In this document: positions 1 to 9,932 of the stretch, in pieces
Layout of the letters: every line of letters starts with the position of its first letter
Numbering within the stretch: position 1 is the first letter of the stretch
DNA from: Candidatus Portiera aleyrodidarum
GTDB taxonomy: Bacteria > Pseudomonadota > Gammaproteobacteria > Johnevansiales > Johnevansiaceae
Direction of reading: 5' to 3'
DNA: 32,000 nucleotides
NCBI RefSeq assembly: GCF_000953395.1
Contig: NZ_LN649236.1
Span: 120,001 to 152,000 of the forward strand
Made by a program: the position numbers and the translations under genes
Notes under the pieces: generated by a model
Databases searched by the model: none
What the model was told of the DNA's origin: nothing
Seen by the model: only the letters and a program-made list of their open reading frames with translations

Positions 1-106
1 TTTCCATTATTTTTTTATCATTTACTGCTTTACCCAACCCCATGTTTAAAGTAACTTTACTTATATTTGGTATTTGCATTATATTAATATAATTTAATTT
101 AATCAT
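1..106 (-). CDS. rplE: 50S ribosomal protein L5, N-terminal part only (gene runs off the left window edge)
   Basis: Not in the ORF track because it is truncated by the window. The minus-strand ATG at 106..104 overlaps the rplX stop as ATGA. My translation [35 protein letters not shown] matches the conserved L5 block (E. coli ..[24 protein letters not shown]..). An in-frame stop at 121..119 caps any upstream extension, so the N-terminus is about 12-16 aa shorter than E. coli L5. The position after rplX is as in the spc operon. Confidence 0.85.
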   Translation of the reverse strand, partial: MIKLNYINIMQIPNISKVTLNMGLGKAVNDKKIME

Positions 107-405
107 TTTATTGGCTTTTTATTTTTTTTATAAATACGTATTTTCACACCATTTTTTTCTTTTATAATTACTTTATCCGCTTTACCTTTTTCTGAATTAA
201 ATATAGCTATATTTGAATAATTTATTGATGCTTCTTTTTTTATTATACCTCCTTTTGTTTTTCCTTTATTTTTTTTATGATACTTTCTTATATTTATTCC
301 TACAACCCAAACTTTATTTTTTCTAATCCGTTTTACTTTTCCAATTTTACCTTTTTCTTTCCCAGTTATTACTATTACTTCATCATTACGTTTTATTTTA
401 TACAT
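103..405 (-). CDS. rplX: 50S ribosomal protein L24
   Basis: 100-aa ORF with ATG start. [20 protein letters not shown] matches the L24 KOW motif (E. coli [20 protein letters not shown]). It lies between rplN and rplE. Confidence 0.95.
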   Translation of the reverse strand: MYKIKRNDEVIVITGKEKGKIGKVKRIRKNKVWVVGINIRKYHKKNKGKTKGGIIKKEASINYSNIAIFNSEKGKADKVIIKEKNGVKIRIYKKNKKPIK

Positions 406-423
406 ACCTTTTTACTCTTCTTT

Positions 424-795
424 TCATAATACCTCATTTGCCAATGACACAATCTTCATAAATTTTTCTGTACGTAATTCTCTTGTTACAGGGCCAAATA
501 TTCTAGTACCTACCGGCTGTTCTGTAGTATTATTTAATAATACTACTGCATTACTATCAAATCTAATTATTGACCCATCCCTACGTCTTATACCTTTTTT
601 TGTACGTACTACTACTGCTTTCATTACTTGCCCTTTCTTTACTTTTCCTTTAGGTATTGCTTCTTTAACTGTTATTTTTATCAAATCACCTATTTTAGCA
701 TACCTACGACGTGACCCTCCTAATACTTTAATACATTGTACTTTTTTGGCTCCACTATTATCTGCTATTTCTAACTTAGTTTGTGTTTGTATCAT
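424..795 (-). CDS. rplN: 50S ribosomal protein L14
   Basis: 123-aa [20 protein letters not shown]...[13 protein letters not shown] is nearly identical to bacterial L14. Spc-operon position. Confidence 0.97.
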   Translation of the reverse strand: MIQTQTKLEIADNSGAKKVQCIKVLGGSRRRYAKIGDLIKITVKEAIPKGKVKKGQVMKAVVVRTKKGIRRRDGSIIRFDSNAVVLLNNTTEQPVGTRIFGPVTRELRTEKFMKIVSLANEVL

Positions 796-812
796 TTTTT
801 TCCATTTACTTT

Positions 813-1067
813 TTAAAGTTTTTTCAAAATTTTAATTAAAATCCAAGATTTTTTTTTAGACAATTTTAAACTTTCTGCACATTCAACTAAATCTCCTATT
901 TCTGCTTTATTTTTTGCATCATGAACACTTATTTTATTTGATCTTTTTACATACTTACCATATATTTTATGTTTTATAATCCTTTCTATTAAAACTACAA
1001 TTGTTTTATTCATTTTATTACTAACTACTTTTCCTTTTATTTTTCTTACTTTTATATTACTTTTCAT
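813..1067 (-). CDS. rpsQ: 30S ribosomal protein S17
   Basis: 84-aa ORF. It has the S17 pattern ([26 protein letters not shown]...GD.V...E...LSKKKSW) and is the last gene of the S10 operon, between rpmC and rplN. Confidence 0.93.
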   Translation of the reverse strand: MKSNIKVRKIKGKVVSNKMNKTIVVLIERIIKHKIYGKYVKRSNKISVHDAKNKAEIGDLVECAESLKLSKKKSWILIKILKKL

Positions 1068-1068
1068 A

Positions 1069-1257
1069 CTACTCTTTACCTATTTTTTCATTAATTATAG
1101 TTTTTAACCTCGCAATATTTCTACGTATCTTTTTAAATAAATGATTTTTATTTAATTGTCCTATTTTTTTTTGCATTCTTAACTTAAATTGTTCATTTAA
1201 TAATGAAACTACGTTGTTTTTTAATTCTTCAATAGATTTTTTACGATTTTTATTCAT
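1069..1257 (-). CDS. rpmC: 50S ribosomal protein L29
   Basis: 62-aa ORF of L29 size, with the L29-like helical N-terminus (ELKNNVVSLLNEQFKLRMQ). It sits in the fixed position between rplP and rpsQ, 2 nt and 1 nt from its neighbours. Confidence 0.9.
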   Translation of the reverse strand: MNKNRKKSIEELKNNVVSLLNEQFKLRMQKKIGQLNKNHLFKKIRRNIARLKTIINEKIGKE

Positions 1258-1259
1258 TC

Positions 1260-1673
1260 TTACATAATTACCTTTTTAACAAAATTAGTAATAAATGGCA
1301 TTTTTTGAGATGCTAATTCTAAAGCTTCCTTTGCTACTTCTTCATTTACTCCTTCAATTTCATAAATTATTCTTCCTGGTTTTATTTGTGCTACCCAATA
1401 TTCCACTGATCCTTTGCCTTTTCCCATACGTACTTCAAGTGGTTTCTTTGTAATTGGTTTATCTGGAAATACACGTATCCAAATTTTCCCACCACGTTTT
1501 ACATGCCTAGTAATAGCTCTTCGACCTGCTTCTATTTGTCTAGATGTAATCCTACTATTAACTAATGCTTTCATTCCATATTCACCAAATTTTACCTCAT
1601 TTCCACGATTAGATATACCTCTATTACGTCCTTTATGTTGTTTACGATATTTCGTCTTTTTAGGCTGTAACAT
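1260..1673 (-). CDS. rplP: 50S ribosomal protein L16
   Basis: 137-aa [22 protein letters not shown] matches E. coli L16 MLQPKRTKFRKMHKGRNRG. ATG start, overlapping the rpsC 3' end by 14 nt. Confidence 0.97.
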   Translation of the reverse strand: MLQPKKTKYRKQHKGRNRGISNRGNEVKFGEYGMKALVNSRITSRQIEAGRRAITRHVKRGGKIWIRVFPDKPITKKPLEVRMGKGKGSVEYWVAQIKPGRIIYEIEGVNEEVAKEALELASQKMPFITNFVKKVIM

Positions 1674-2367
1674 TTACATTTTCCTCCTTATTTTTTTTAT
1701 AATATAATGATACTTTCTTTACTTCCTCCATACCTCCTAATATTTCTCCTTTAAATACCCATACCTTAATCCCTATTACACCATAATTAGTAAATGCTTC
1801 CTCTTTATAATAATCTATATTTGCACGTAAAGTATGTAAAGGGACTCTACCCTCTTTATACCATTCTTTTCTAGCAATTTCTGCCCCCCCTAATCTACCT
1901 GATAATTTGATTTTCACGCCTTTCGCACCTAATCTCGTTGCATTTTGTACTGCTCTTTTCATAGCACGACGAAACATTACACGTTTTTCCAATTGTACGG
2001 CAATATTTTGAGCTATTATTTTTGCGTCTATTTCTGGTTTTTTTATTTCTTCAATTTCAATATGTACTTTTACTCCCATAATTTTCTTTACTTCATCTCT
2101 TAATTTATCTACATCTTCTCCTTTTTTACCAATTACAATCCCTGGTCTAGCTGTATAAATAATAACACTAGCATTATTAGCAGTACGTTCTATACATATC
2201 CTACTAATATTAGTATTAGCATTTTTTAAACGTTTTTCTATAACTTTTCTAACTTTAATATCTTTCTTTAATAATAAAGCATACTTTTTTCGTTCTGCAT
2301 ACCATATTGATAAATGATTTTTTATAATCCCTAATCTCATACCTATTGGATTTACTTTTTTTCCCAT
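1660..2367 (-). CDS. rpsC: 30S ribosomal protein S3
   Basis: 235-aa [17 protein letters not shown].. and the KH-domain block [11 protein letters not shown] are typical of S3. S10-operon position. Confidence 0.97.
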   Translation of the reverse strand: MGKKVNPIGMRLGIIKNHLSIWYAERKKYALLLKKDIKVRKVIEKRLKNANTNISRICIERTANNASVIIYTARPGIVIGKKGEDVDKLRDEVKKIMGVKVHIEIEEIKKPEIDAKIIAQNIAVQLEKRVMFRRAMKRAVQNATRLGAKGVKIKLSGRLGGAEIARKEWYKEGRVPLHTLRANIDYYKEEAFTNYGVIGIKVWVFKGEILGGMEEVKKVSLYYKKNKEENVNVTA

Positions 2368-2374
2368 TTTTTTC

Positions 2375-2716
2375 CTACCTATTTTTTTCTTTTACTCTTA
2401 TATTTATATGACAAGTACGTTTCATAATACTATCAGTACGACCTTTAGCTCTTGGTAAATTTCTTTTTAAACTTTTCCCTTCATTTATCCAAATACCAGA
2501 TATTATTAATTTTTCAATATTCATACCCTTATTTTTTTTTGCATTATACATTACTGATTTTAATGTTTTCTTTATTATATCTGCTGCTTTTTTTGATGAA
2601 AATTTTAAAATTTCTAATGCTCTATATACTGATTTTCCTCTAATTTGATTAGCTACTAATCTAGCTTTTTGTGCTGATAATCGCACACCACATAATTTTG
2701 CACTTACTTCTTCCAT
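2375..2716 (-). CDS. rplV: 50S ribosomal protein L22
   Basis: 113-aa [34 protein letters not shown] matches L22 (E. coli SSAQKVRLVADLIRGKKV). Confidence 0.95.
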   Translation of the reverse strand: MEEVSAKLCGVRLSAQKARLVANQIRGKSVYRALEILKFSSKKAADIIKKTLKSVMYNAKKNKGMNIEKLIISGIWINEGKSLKRNLPRAKGRTDSIMKRTCHINIRVKEKNR

Positions 2717-3009
2717 TCTTTTTTTCCACTTAATTTTTTATCAGCTATATGACCTTTTTTATGACCTTTATAAGTCCGCGTACTAGCCAACTCCCCTAAT
2801 TTTATACCTACCATTTCTTCTGTAATATAAACCGGTATATGTTTTCTACCATTATGTATTGCTATTGTTAATCCTACCATATCAGGTAATATCATAGACC
2901 TTCGAGACCAAGTTTTTATTGGTTTTTTTTCATTGTTTTTTAACGCTTTTTCTATTTTTTCAAAAAGATGTTTATCTATAAAAGGACCTTTTTTTATAGA
3001 ACGTGGCAT
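2704..3009 (-). CDS. rpsS: 30S ribosomal protein S19
   Basis: 101-aa [50 protein letters not shown] matches S19. AAGGA lies about 10 nt upstream of the ATG. The C-terminal tail is several residues longer than in E. coli and overlaps rplV by 13 nt. Confidence 0.96.
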   Translation of the reverse strand: MPRSIKKGPFIDKHLFEKIEKALKNNEKKPIKTWSRRSMILPDMVGLTIAIHNGRKHIPVYITEEMVGIKLGELASTRTYKGHKKGHIADKKLSGKKEWKK

Positions 3010-3025
3010 ATTATAACTTCCTTAA

Positions 3026-3055
3026 AATCAATTTAAATCAATTTTAATCAATTTT
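3026..3055 (-). repeat. 3 x 10-nt tandem repeat (plus aatcaattt[a/t]; minus AAATTGATT core) across the rplB stop codon
   Basis: The 9-nt core aatcaattt recurs at 3026-3034, 3036-3044 and 3046-3054. Each copy carries TGA on the minus strand. The third copy supplies the rplB stop (3050..3048). Confidence 0.8.
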
Positions 3056-3836
3056 TACGTGTTTTATAACCTTTAGTTGGTTTTCCCCAAGGGGATACGG
3101 GATGCCTTCCTCCACTTGTACGACCTTCACCACCGCCATGAGGATGATCTACAGGATTCATTGCAACCCCTCTAACTGTTGGACGTATACCTTTCCATCT
3201 TTTTACCCCTGCTTTCCCTAATTTACAAAGATTATATTTTGAATTACTTACTTCTCCTATTGTTGCACGACAATATGAATTAAGTTTACGTATCTCACCT
3301 GAACGCAAACGTATACTTACATACCTTCCATCTATATAAATTACTTGTGCATAATTCCCTGCACTACGAACTAATTGAGCACCTTTTCCTGGTTTTAATT
3401 CTACACAATTAATTTTTGTTCCTAAATGAATATTTTTCAATGGTAATGTATTTCCATTTTTTATCGCTACATTCTTTCCTGATTCTATTTTCTCACCTAT
3501 TTTCATTCCTTTTGTTGAAATAATATAACTTCTTTCTCCATCTTTATATTTTATTAATGCTATCCTTGCATTTCTATTAGGATCATATTCTATTCTTTCA
3601 ATTATAGCTGTTATATTATCTTTATTTCTTTTAAAATCTATTTTTCTATAATATTGTTTATGCCCACCTCCAACATGACGTACAGTAATTCTACCCTTAT
3701 TATTACGTCCACCATGTTTCTTTTTTACTTCTATCAAATGCCTTTTTGGCCTACCTTTATATATTTTTCTTTTCTTTAATTTTATAGCATGCCTAATTCC
3801 AGCAGATGTAGGTTTTAATTTAACTAATAACGACAT
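3048..3836 (-). CDS. rplB: 50S ribosomal protein L2
   Basis: 262-aa ORF. The [26 protein letters not shown] block is diagnostic of L2. Confidence 0.97.
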   Translation of the reverse strand: MSLLVKLKPTSAGIRHAIKLKKRKIYKGRPKRHLIEVKKKHGGRNNKGRITVRHVGGGHKQYYRKIDFKRNKDNITAIIERIEYDPNRNARIALIKYKDGERSYIISTKGMKIGEKIESGKNVAIKNGNTLPLKNIHLGTKINCVELKPGKGAQLVRSAGNYAQVIYIDGRYVSIRLRSGEIRKLNSYCRATIGEVSNSKYNLCKLGKAGVKRWKGIRPTVRGVAMNPVDHPHGGGEGRTSGGRHPVSPWGKPTKGYKTRKN

Positions 3837-3843
3837 TTTTTAA

Positions 3844-4128
3844 TCACCCATTTAAATTTAATTCTTCTATACTTTCACCTTTCAATAATTTTACATATGC
3901 CTTTTTATACCTACCTATTTTCTTGTTTTTTGGTATATTCACTACTCTAACTGAATCTACTCTTTTTCCAAATAATAACTTAACAGCTTTTTTTATTTCT
4001 TTTTTTATAGCCTTTTTAGATACTTTAAATACATATTTACCTTTAGATGCTTTTAATAAAGCTTTTTCACTCATATGTGGTCCTAATAAAACTTTTAATA
4101 ATTTTTCTTTTTCTTTATATGTCATCAT
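3844..4128 (-). CDS. rplW: 50S ribosomal protein L23
   Basis: 94-aa ORF of L23 size, in the invariant position between rplD and rplB. It has an L23-like core (..KYVFKVSKKA.K.EIK.AV..LF..). Confidence 0.9.
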   Translation of the reverse strand: MMTYKEKEKLLKVLLGPHMSEKALLKASKGKYVFKVSKKAIKKEIKKAVKLLFGKRVDSVRVVNIPKNKKIGRYKKAYVKLLKGESIEELNLNG

Positions 4129-4742
4129 TATATCTTTAATTTTTCCTCTAATTTCCGTAAAGCTGATAAGGTTATTAATACTTTATCTGTTTTTATAAGA
4201 ATTACCGGATTTACTGATCTAACATTAATAGTATTAATATTCGGTATATTACGTGAAGATAATTCAAGTTTTTTATCAATTTTTTCCGTTATTATAATAC
4301 TTTTCAATTTCTTTATATTTAAATCTTCCATTTTCCTAATTATTTTTTTTGTTTTTATAATCTTAACCTTCATTTCCTTTATTACAATTAATCTTTCTTG
4401 ACGTATTAATTCAGACATAATAGAACACATTGCTAATCTATACATTTTTCTATTTACTTTATTATAATATTTCTTTGTACTTGCAGCAAAAGTTATACAC
4501 CCTCCTCTCCATATTGGTGACCTTATACTACCTGCACGTGCCCTTCCTGTTCCTTTTTGCCTCCAAGGTTTTTTCCCTCCACCACTAATATTTTTATATT
4601 TTTTTTGTGCTTTTGTTCCCTGCCTTGAATTTTTTATGTACGATGTTACTACTTGATGAATTAATGACTTTTTAAATTCTCTATCAAATACTTCTTTTGA
4701 TAATTCTATTTTTTCACTTGTATCTCTAATTTTTAAATTCAT
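4128..4742 (-). CDS. rplD: 50S ribosomal protein L4
   Basis: 204-aa ORF. [28 protein letters not shown] matches the L4 signature (E. coli [29 protein letters not shown]). Confidence 0.96.
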   Translation of the reverse strand: [204 protein letters not shown]

Positions 4743-5331
4743 TTTTTATCTTCATTATTTTTTTTATAATTACTTTACTTCCAGAATATCCTGGTACCGA
4801 ACCTTTTATTATAATTAAATTTAATTCTATATTTATTTTTATAATTTTTAAATTTTTTACTGTTTTTTTATCATTTCCCATTCTACCTGCCATCTTTTTA
4901 CCTTTAAATACTCTTCCTGGAGTTTGACATTGCCCTGTAGAACCTGCTGTCCGATGAGACAGTGAATTTCCATGACTCTTATCTTGCGATTTAAATTTCC
5001 ACCTTTTTATAGTACCTTGATATCCCTTACCTTTAGAAATACCACTAACATTAACCAATTCATCTATTTTAAAACTCGATACTTTTATTTCATCCTTCCT
5101 ACCTATATCTTTAATATCTTTACTACTTAGTCTAAATTCCTTTATTCTTGCTACTTTTTTCTTTTTGAAATTCCCGTCTGTAACTTGTATTGCATTATAT
5201 CCATCTTTTTTTTTTGTCTTTATATTTACTATCCTATTAGGTAATACCTCTATTATAGTAACAGGTATTGATATCCCTTTATCTTTCAATATTATACTCA
5301 TACCTATTTTCTTTCCAATTACTCCAATCAT
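4726..5331 (-). CDS. rplC: 50S ribosomal protein L3
   Basis: 201-aa ORF. MIGVIGKKIGMS.. and GKGYQGTIKRW.F are L3 motifs. The C-terminal tail reads 17 nt into rplD. Confidence 0.96.
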   Translation of the reverse strand: MIGVIGKKIGMSIILKDKGISIPVTIIEVLPNRIVNIKTKKKDGYNAIQVTDGNFKKKKVARIKEFRLSSKDIKDIGRKDEIKVSSFKIDELVNVSGISKGKGYQGTIKRWKFKSQDKSHGNSLSHRTAGSTGQCQTPGRVFKGKKMAGRMGNDKKTVKNLKIIKINIELNLIIIKGSVPGYSGSKVIIKKIMKIKNEFKN

Positions 5332-5333
5332 TT

Positions 5334-5648
5334 TTAATTCCCTACCTTAATTTGTACCTCTACCCCTGCTGCTAAATCTAACCCCATTAATGCATCTACC
5401 GTTTTATCTGTTTGTTCTACAATATCTAATAATCTTTTATGCGTACGAATTTCATATTGATCACGTGCATCTTTATCAACATGTGGTGATATTAAAATTG
5501 TATACCTTTCTATCTTATTTGGTAACGGAATCGGTCCTTTTACTTGTGCTCCAGTACGTTTTGCTGTGTCTACTATTTCTTTAGCTGATTTATCTATTAA
5601 TATTTTCTCAAAAGATTTCAACCTTATACGAATTTTTTGCTTTTTCAT
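5334..5648 (-). CDS. rpsJ: 30S ribosomal protein S10
   Basis: 104-aa [13 protein letters not shown]....[24 protein letters not shown] matches S10. It starts 3 nt after the tuf stop, so there is no room for an S10 leader or attenuator. Confidence 0.97.
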   Translation of the reverse strand: MKKQKIRIRLKSFEKILIDKSAKEIVDTAKRTGAQVKGPIPLPNKIERYTILISPHVDKDARDQYEIRTHKRLLDIVEQTDKTVDALMGLDLAAGVEVQIKVGN

Positions 5649-5651
5649 CTT

Positions 5652-6854
5652 TTATCTCTTTTCTTCTAAAATTTTCACTACTATTCCTGCTCCTACTGTA
5701 CGACCTCCTTCTCTAATAGCAAATCTTAAACCTTCTTCCATTGCTATATGCGATATTAACTTAATTATCATTTTTACATTCTCCCCTGGCATAACCATAT
5801 CTAATCCATCTTTTAATTCACACGTTCCTGTTACATCTGTAGTTCTAAAATAAAATTGTGGTCTATACCCGTTTAAAAATGGGGTATGTCTACCACCTTC
5901 TTCTTTATTTAAAATATAAACCTCTGCTTCAAATTTTGTATGTGGAGTTATTGATCCTGGTTTAGCTAAAATTTGACCTCGTTCAACATCTTCTCTCTTT
6001 ATTCCACGTAATAAAGCTCCTATATTTTCTCCTGCACGACCTTCATCAAGTATTTTTCTAAACATTTCTATTCCTGTAACTGTTGTTTTTATAGTGTCTT
6101 TTAATCCTATTATTTCAACTTCTTCTCCTGTTTTAATTATCCCCCGATCTACTCTACCTGTTACTACTGTTCCTCTTCCTGATATTGAAAATACATCCTC
6201 TATGGGCATTAAAAATTGTTTGTTTATAGCCCGTTCTGGTAACGGTATATAATCATCTAAGGATTCTACTAATTTTATTAATGAACTTTTTCCCATACCT
6301 TTTTCATCTTTGCCTTCTAACGCCATTAAGGCCGAACCTATTATTATTGGTGTCTTTTCCCCTGGAAAATCATATTCTGATAGTAATTCTCTAATTTCTA
6401 TTTCTACCAATTCTAATAATTCTTTATCATCTACTAAATCTGCTTTATTTAAATAAACTACAATATATGGAACACCTACTTGACGTGCTAATAATATATG
6501 TTCTCTTGTTTGAGGCATAGGTCCATCAGCTGCTGAACATACTAATATAGCTCCATCCATTTGAGCTGCCCCTGTTATCATATTTTTTATATAATCAGCA
6601 TGTCCTGGACAATCTACATGTGCATAATGTCTTTTTTTTGATTCATATTCTACATGAGCTGTCGCTATTGTTATACCTCTTTCCTTTTCTTCTGGTGCAT
6701 TATCTATTGTATCAAATTTTCTCCATTCACCACCATATACTTCTGATGATACACGAGTTAATGCTGCTGTTAATGTTGTTTTTCCATGATCTACATGTCC
6801 TATTGTACCAACATTTACATGTTCTTTAGACCTATTAAATTTTTCTTTAGCCAC
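5652..6854 (-). CDS. tuf: Elongation factor Tu
   Basis: 400-aa ORF with G motifs [14 protein letters not shown] and NKAD. It is very similar throughout to gammaproteobacterial EF-Tu. The start codon is GTG (plus-strand cac at 6852-6854). Confidence 0.98.
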   Translation of the reverse strand: MAKEKFNRSKEHVNVGTIGHVDHGKTTLTAALTRVSSEVYGGEWRKFDTIDNAPEEKERGITIATAHVEYESKKRHYAHVDCPGHADYIKNMITGAAQMDGAILVCSAADGPMPQTREHILLARQVGVPYIVVYLNKADLVDDKELLELVEIEIRELLSEYDFPGEKTPIIIGSALMALEGKDEKGMGKSSLIKLVESLDDYIPLPERAINKQFLMPIEDVFSISGRGTVVTGRVDRGIIKTGEEVEIIGLKDTIKTTVTGIEMFRKILDEGRAGENIGALLRGIKREDVERGQILAKPGSITPHTKFEAEVYILNKEEGGRHTPFLNGYRPQFYFRTTDVTGTCELKDGLDMVMPGENVKMIIKLISHIAMEEGLRFAIREGGRTVGAGIVVKILEEKR

Positions 6855-6869
6855 TAATATAACCCTCTT

Positions 6870-8993
6870 TTAATAATCTTTATTCTTTTTTATAACTTCT
6901 CTAATTACTATATCTGGTGCTTCATCATATTTTTCAAATTTCATTGTATAACTTGCTCTCCCTTGAGTTTTAGATCTTAAATCTGTTGCATAACCAAACA
7001 TTTCGCCTAATGGTACCAGAGCGTTTATAATTTTTCCCGAATAATTATCTTCCATACTTTGTATAATCCCTCTTCTACGATTTAAATCCCCTACTACCTC
7101 TCCCATAAATTTTTCTGGTGTTATTATTTCTACTCTCATTATTGGTTCTAATAAAACTACTTCAGCTCTCATTGCTCCTTCTTTAACTGCTATAGATGAT
7201 GCTATTTTAAAAGCATTTTCATTCGAATCTACTTCATGATAAGATCCATCAAATACTGTTACTTTAACATCTATCATTGGATATCCAGCTAATACCCCAT
7301 TTTTTAATTGATCATATGCACCTTTTTCTATAGCTGGTATATATTCTTTAGGTATTGCTCCTCCTACTATTTCTGAATTAAACTTAAATTTTCTTTCTTT
7401 GTCTTTACTTTTTAACGGCTCTATACGTAACCAAACATGTCCATATTGACCTCTACCTCCTGATTGTCTAATAAATTTTCCTTCTTGTTTTACTACCTTT
7501 TTTATTGTTTCACGATATGCTACTTGAGGTTTACCTATATTTGCTTCTACTTTAAACTCTCTACGCATCCTATCTACTAGAATATCAATATGCAATTCCC
7601 CCATTCCTGATATTATTGTTTGACCATTTTCATTATCATAATTTACTTTAAAAGAAGGATCTTCTTTTTCTAATTTATTAAGAGCCATAATCATTTTTTC
7701 TTGATCATCTTTATATTTAGGTTCTATTGCAACTGATATTACTGGTTCTGGAAATTCTATTCTTTCTAATATAATATTTTTTTCCATAGAACAAAGTGTA
7801 TCACCTGTAGTTGTTTCTTTTAAACCTACACATGCTGCTATATCCCCTGCTAATATTTCTTTAATTTCTTCCCTAGAATTTGCATGCATTTGAACTATTC
7901 TTCCAATTCGCTCTTTTTTTTCTTTTACTGAATTATATACTTTATCTCCTGATTTTATTTTTCCTGAATATACTCTAACAAATGTTAAATTTCCTACATA
8001 TGAATCTGTCGCTATTTTAAAAGCTAAAGCTGCAAACCTTGCCTTATCATCTGCAATATAATTTTTTATCTCTGATTTTTTTTTTATTAATATTTTTTCT
8101 TTCCCTTTAAAAATATCAATATCTAAAGGTGATGGTAAATATTCTATTACTGCATCTAATAATGCTTGAATACCTTTATTTTTAAAAGCCGATCCACATG
8201 TTACTAAAACAATTTCATTCTTTAATGTTCTAATACGTAACCCCTTTTTTATTAGTTTTTTAGATAATTTACCTTCTTCTAAATATTTTTCTAATATACT
8301 TTCATCTGCTTCTGCTGCTATTTCTAATATTTTTTCATTATATCTTTTTGAGATTTTTTTTAAGTTTTCTGGTATTTCTACTATTTCATATTCCATTCCA
8401 TTTTTCTTTTCACACCAGGAAATTGCTTTCATTTCAATTAAATCTATTATCCCTTTAAATTTTTCTTCTACACCCCAATTTAATTGTATTGGAACCGCTT
8501 TGCAATTTAATCTATCTTCCATTTGTTTCACAATACTTAAATACTCAGCTCCTGGTCTATCCATTTTATTTATAAAGACTATACGTGGTACTTTATATTT
8601 ATTTGCTTGTCTCCATACTGTTTCAGTTTGAGATTGTACTCCCGATGATCCACATAATACTACTATTGATCCATCCAAAACTCTTAACGACCTTTCAACT
8701 TCTATAGTAAAATCAACATGTCCTGGAGTATCAATTATATTAATTCTATGATCTTTATATTGTCCTTTCATTCCTTTCCAAAATGTAGTTACTGCAGCTG
8801 ATGTTATAGTTATACCTCTTTCTTGTTCTTGTTCCATCCAATCAGTAGCTGCCGTCCCTTCATGTACCTCTCCTAATTTATGAGACCTCCCTGTATAGTA
8901 TAATATTCTTTCTGTAGTTGTAGTTTTTCCTGCATCTACATGTGCAATTATTCCTATATTTCTATATCTCTGTATAGATGTTTTTCTCGCCAC
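6870..8993 (-). CDS. fusA: Elongation factor G
   Basis: 707-aa ORF with [27 protein letters not shown] and NKMD motifs. GTG start (cac at 8991-8993). Str-operon position. Confidence 0.98.
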   Translation of the reverse strand: MARKTSIQRYRNIGIIAHVDAGKTTTTERILYYTGRSHKLGEVHEGTAATDWMEQEQERGITITSAAVTTFWKGMKGQYKDHRINIIDTPGHVDFTIEVERSLRVLDGSIVVLCGSSGVQSQTETVWRQANKYKVPRIVFINKMDRPGAEYLSIVKQMEDRLNCKAVPIQLNWGVEEKFKGIIDLIEMKAISWCEKKNGMEYEIVEIPENLKKISKRYNEKILEIAAEADESILEKYLEEGKLSKKLIKKGLRIRTLKNEIVLVTCGSAFKNKGIQALLDAVIEYLPSPLDIDIFKGKEKILIKKKSEIKNYIADDKARFAALAFKIATDSYVGNLTFVRVYSGKIKSGDKVYNSVKEKKERIGRIVQMHANSREEIKEILAGDIAACVGLKETTTGDTLCSMEKNIILERIEFPEPVISVAIEPKYKDDQEKMIMALNKLEKEDPSFKVNYDNENGQTIISGMGELHIDILVDRMRREFKVEANIGKPQVAYRETIKKVVKQEGKFIRQSGGRGQYGHVWLRIEPLKSKDKERKFKFNSEIVGGAIPKEYIPAIEKGAYDQLKNGVLAGYPMIDVKVTVFDGSYHEVDSNENAFKIASSIAVKEGAMRAEVVLLEPIMRVEIITPEKFMGEVVGDLNRRRGIIQSMEDNYSGKIINALVPLGEMFGYATDLRSKTQGRASYTMKFEKYDEAPDIVIREVIKKNKDY

Positions 8994-9010
8994 AATACCC
9001 TTCCTTTTTT

Positions 9011-9484
9011 TTAAAACCTATAATGTGCAAATGCTTTATTAGCTTCTGCCATCCTATGTACCTCTTCTTTTTTTTTAACTGATACCCCTTTCCCATCTAT
9101 TGCATCTAATATTTCTTCATATAATCTGTTTTCCATTGTTTTTTCTTTTCTTTCTCTTGATGCTTTAACTAACCATTTCATTGCTAATGTATCTCTTCTT
9201 GAAGATCTTATTTCTACTGGGATATTATAATTAGCTCCACCTATACGTCTTGATTTAACTTCCACCATAGGTTTTATACTCTCTAATGCTTTTTCAAACA
9301 TACTTATTGCTATTTTTTTTTTTAGTTTTTTATTTATTTTATTTAATGCACCATAAACTATGCGCTCCGCCAATGCTTTTTTTCCATTAACCATTATATG
9401 ATTTATAAATTTAGCTAATATTACACTTTTAAATCTATTATCTGGTTTTATTTCTCTTTTCCTTGCTATATTCCTTCTTGACAT
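9011..9484 (-). CDS. rpsG: 30S ribosomal protein S7
   Basis: 157-aa ORF. It has the S7 pattern (..[14 protein letters not shown]...VEVKSRR.GGANY.IPVE...RR..LA.KW..) and lies between rpsL and fusA. Confidence 0.96.
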   Translation of the reverse strand: MSRRNIARKREIKPDNRFKSVILAKFINHIMVNGKKALAERIVYGALNKINKKLKKKIAISMFEKALESIKPMVEVKSRRIGGANYNIPVEIRSSRRDTLAMKWLVKASRERKEKTMENRLYEEILDAIDGKGVSVKKKEEVHRMAEANKAFAHYRF

Positions 9485-9496
9485 TATTTCTTTTTT

Positions 9497-9871
9497 TTAA
9501 CCTCTTTTTCTTTTAGTTCCATATTTTGAACGTGAACTTTTTCTATTTTTTACCCCAAAGGTATCTAACGCCCCTCTTATTGTATGATATCTTACCCCTG
9601 GTAAATCTTTTACCCTGCCTCCTCTTATTAATACTACAGAATGCTCTTGAAGATTATGTCCTTCACCACCTATATAAGATGTTACCTCCAATCCATTATT
9701 TAATCTAACTCTACATACTTTTCTTAAAGCAGAATTGGGTTTTTTTGGTGTTGTTGTATAAACCCTTGTACAAACTCCTCTTCGTTGTGGACCTGCTTTT
9801 AATGCTGGTACATCACTTTTTTTTTTTGTTTTTATACGTTTTTTTCTAATTAATTGATTTATTGTTATCAT
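9497..9871 (-). CDS. rpsL: 30S ribosomal protein S12
   Basis: 124-aa [15 protein letters not shown]..., [51 protein letters not shown] matches S12. Confidence 0.98.
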   Translation of the reverse strand: MITINQLIRKKRIKTKKKSDVPALKAGPQRRGVCTRVYTTTPKKPNSALRKVCRVRLNNGLEVTSYIGGEGHNLQEHSVVLIRGGRVKDLPGVRYHTIRGALDTFGVKNRKSSRSKYGTKRKRG

Positions 9872-9886
9872 TTTTTGTCTTTTTTT

Positions 9887-9915
9887 ATTATAATTTCATT
9901 TTTTTTTTATGTCAA
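9887..9915 (-). promoter_or_regulatory. Candidate sigma-70 promoter of the rpsL-rpsG-fusA-tuf-S10 array (TTGACA - 17 nt - TATAAT)
   Basis: The minus strand reads TTGACA (9915..9910), a 17-nt A-rich spacer (9909..9893) and TATAAT (9892..9887). This lies inside the 61-nt rpoC-rpsL spacer, and the -10 element ends 15 nt before the rpsL ATG. Both hexamers are perfect consensus at the optimal spacing. TTGACA carries G and C, so it is rare by chance in this composition. Confidence 0.6.
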
Positions 9916-9932
9916 ACAATATTACTTTTCTT

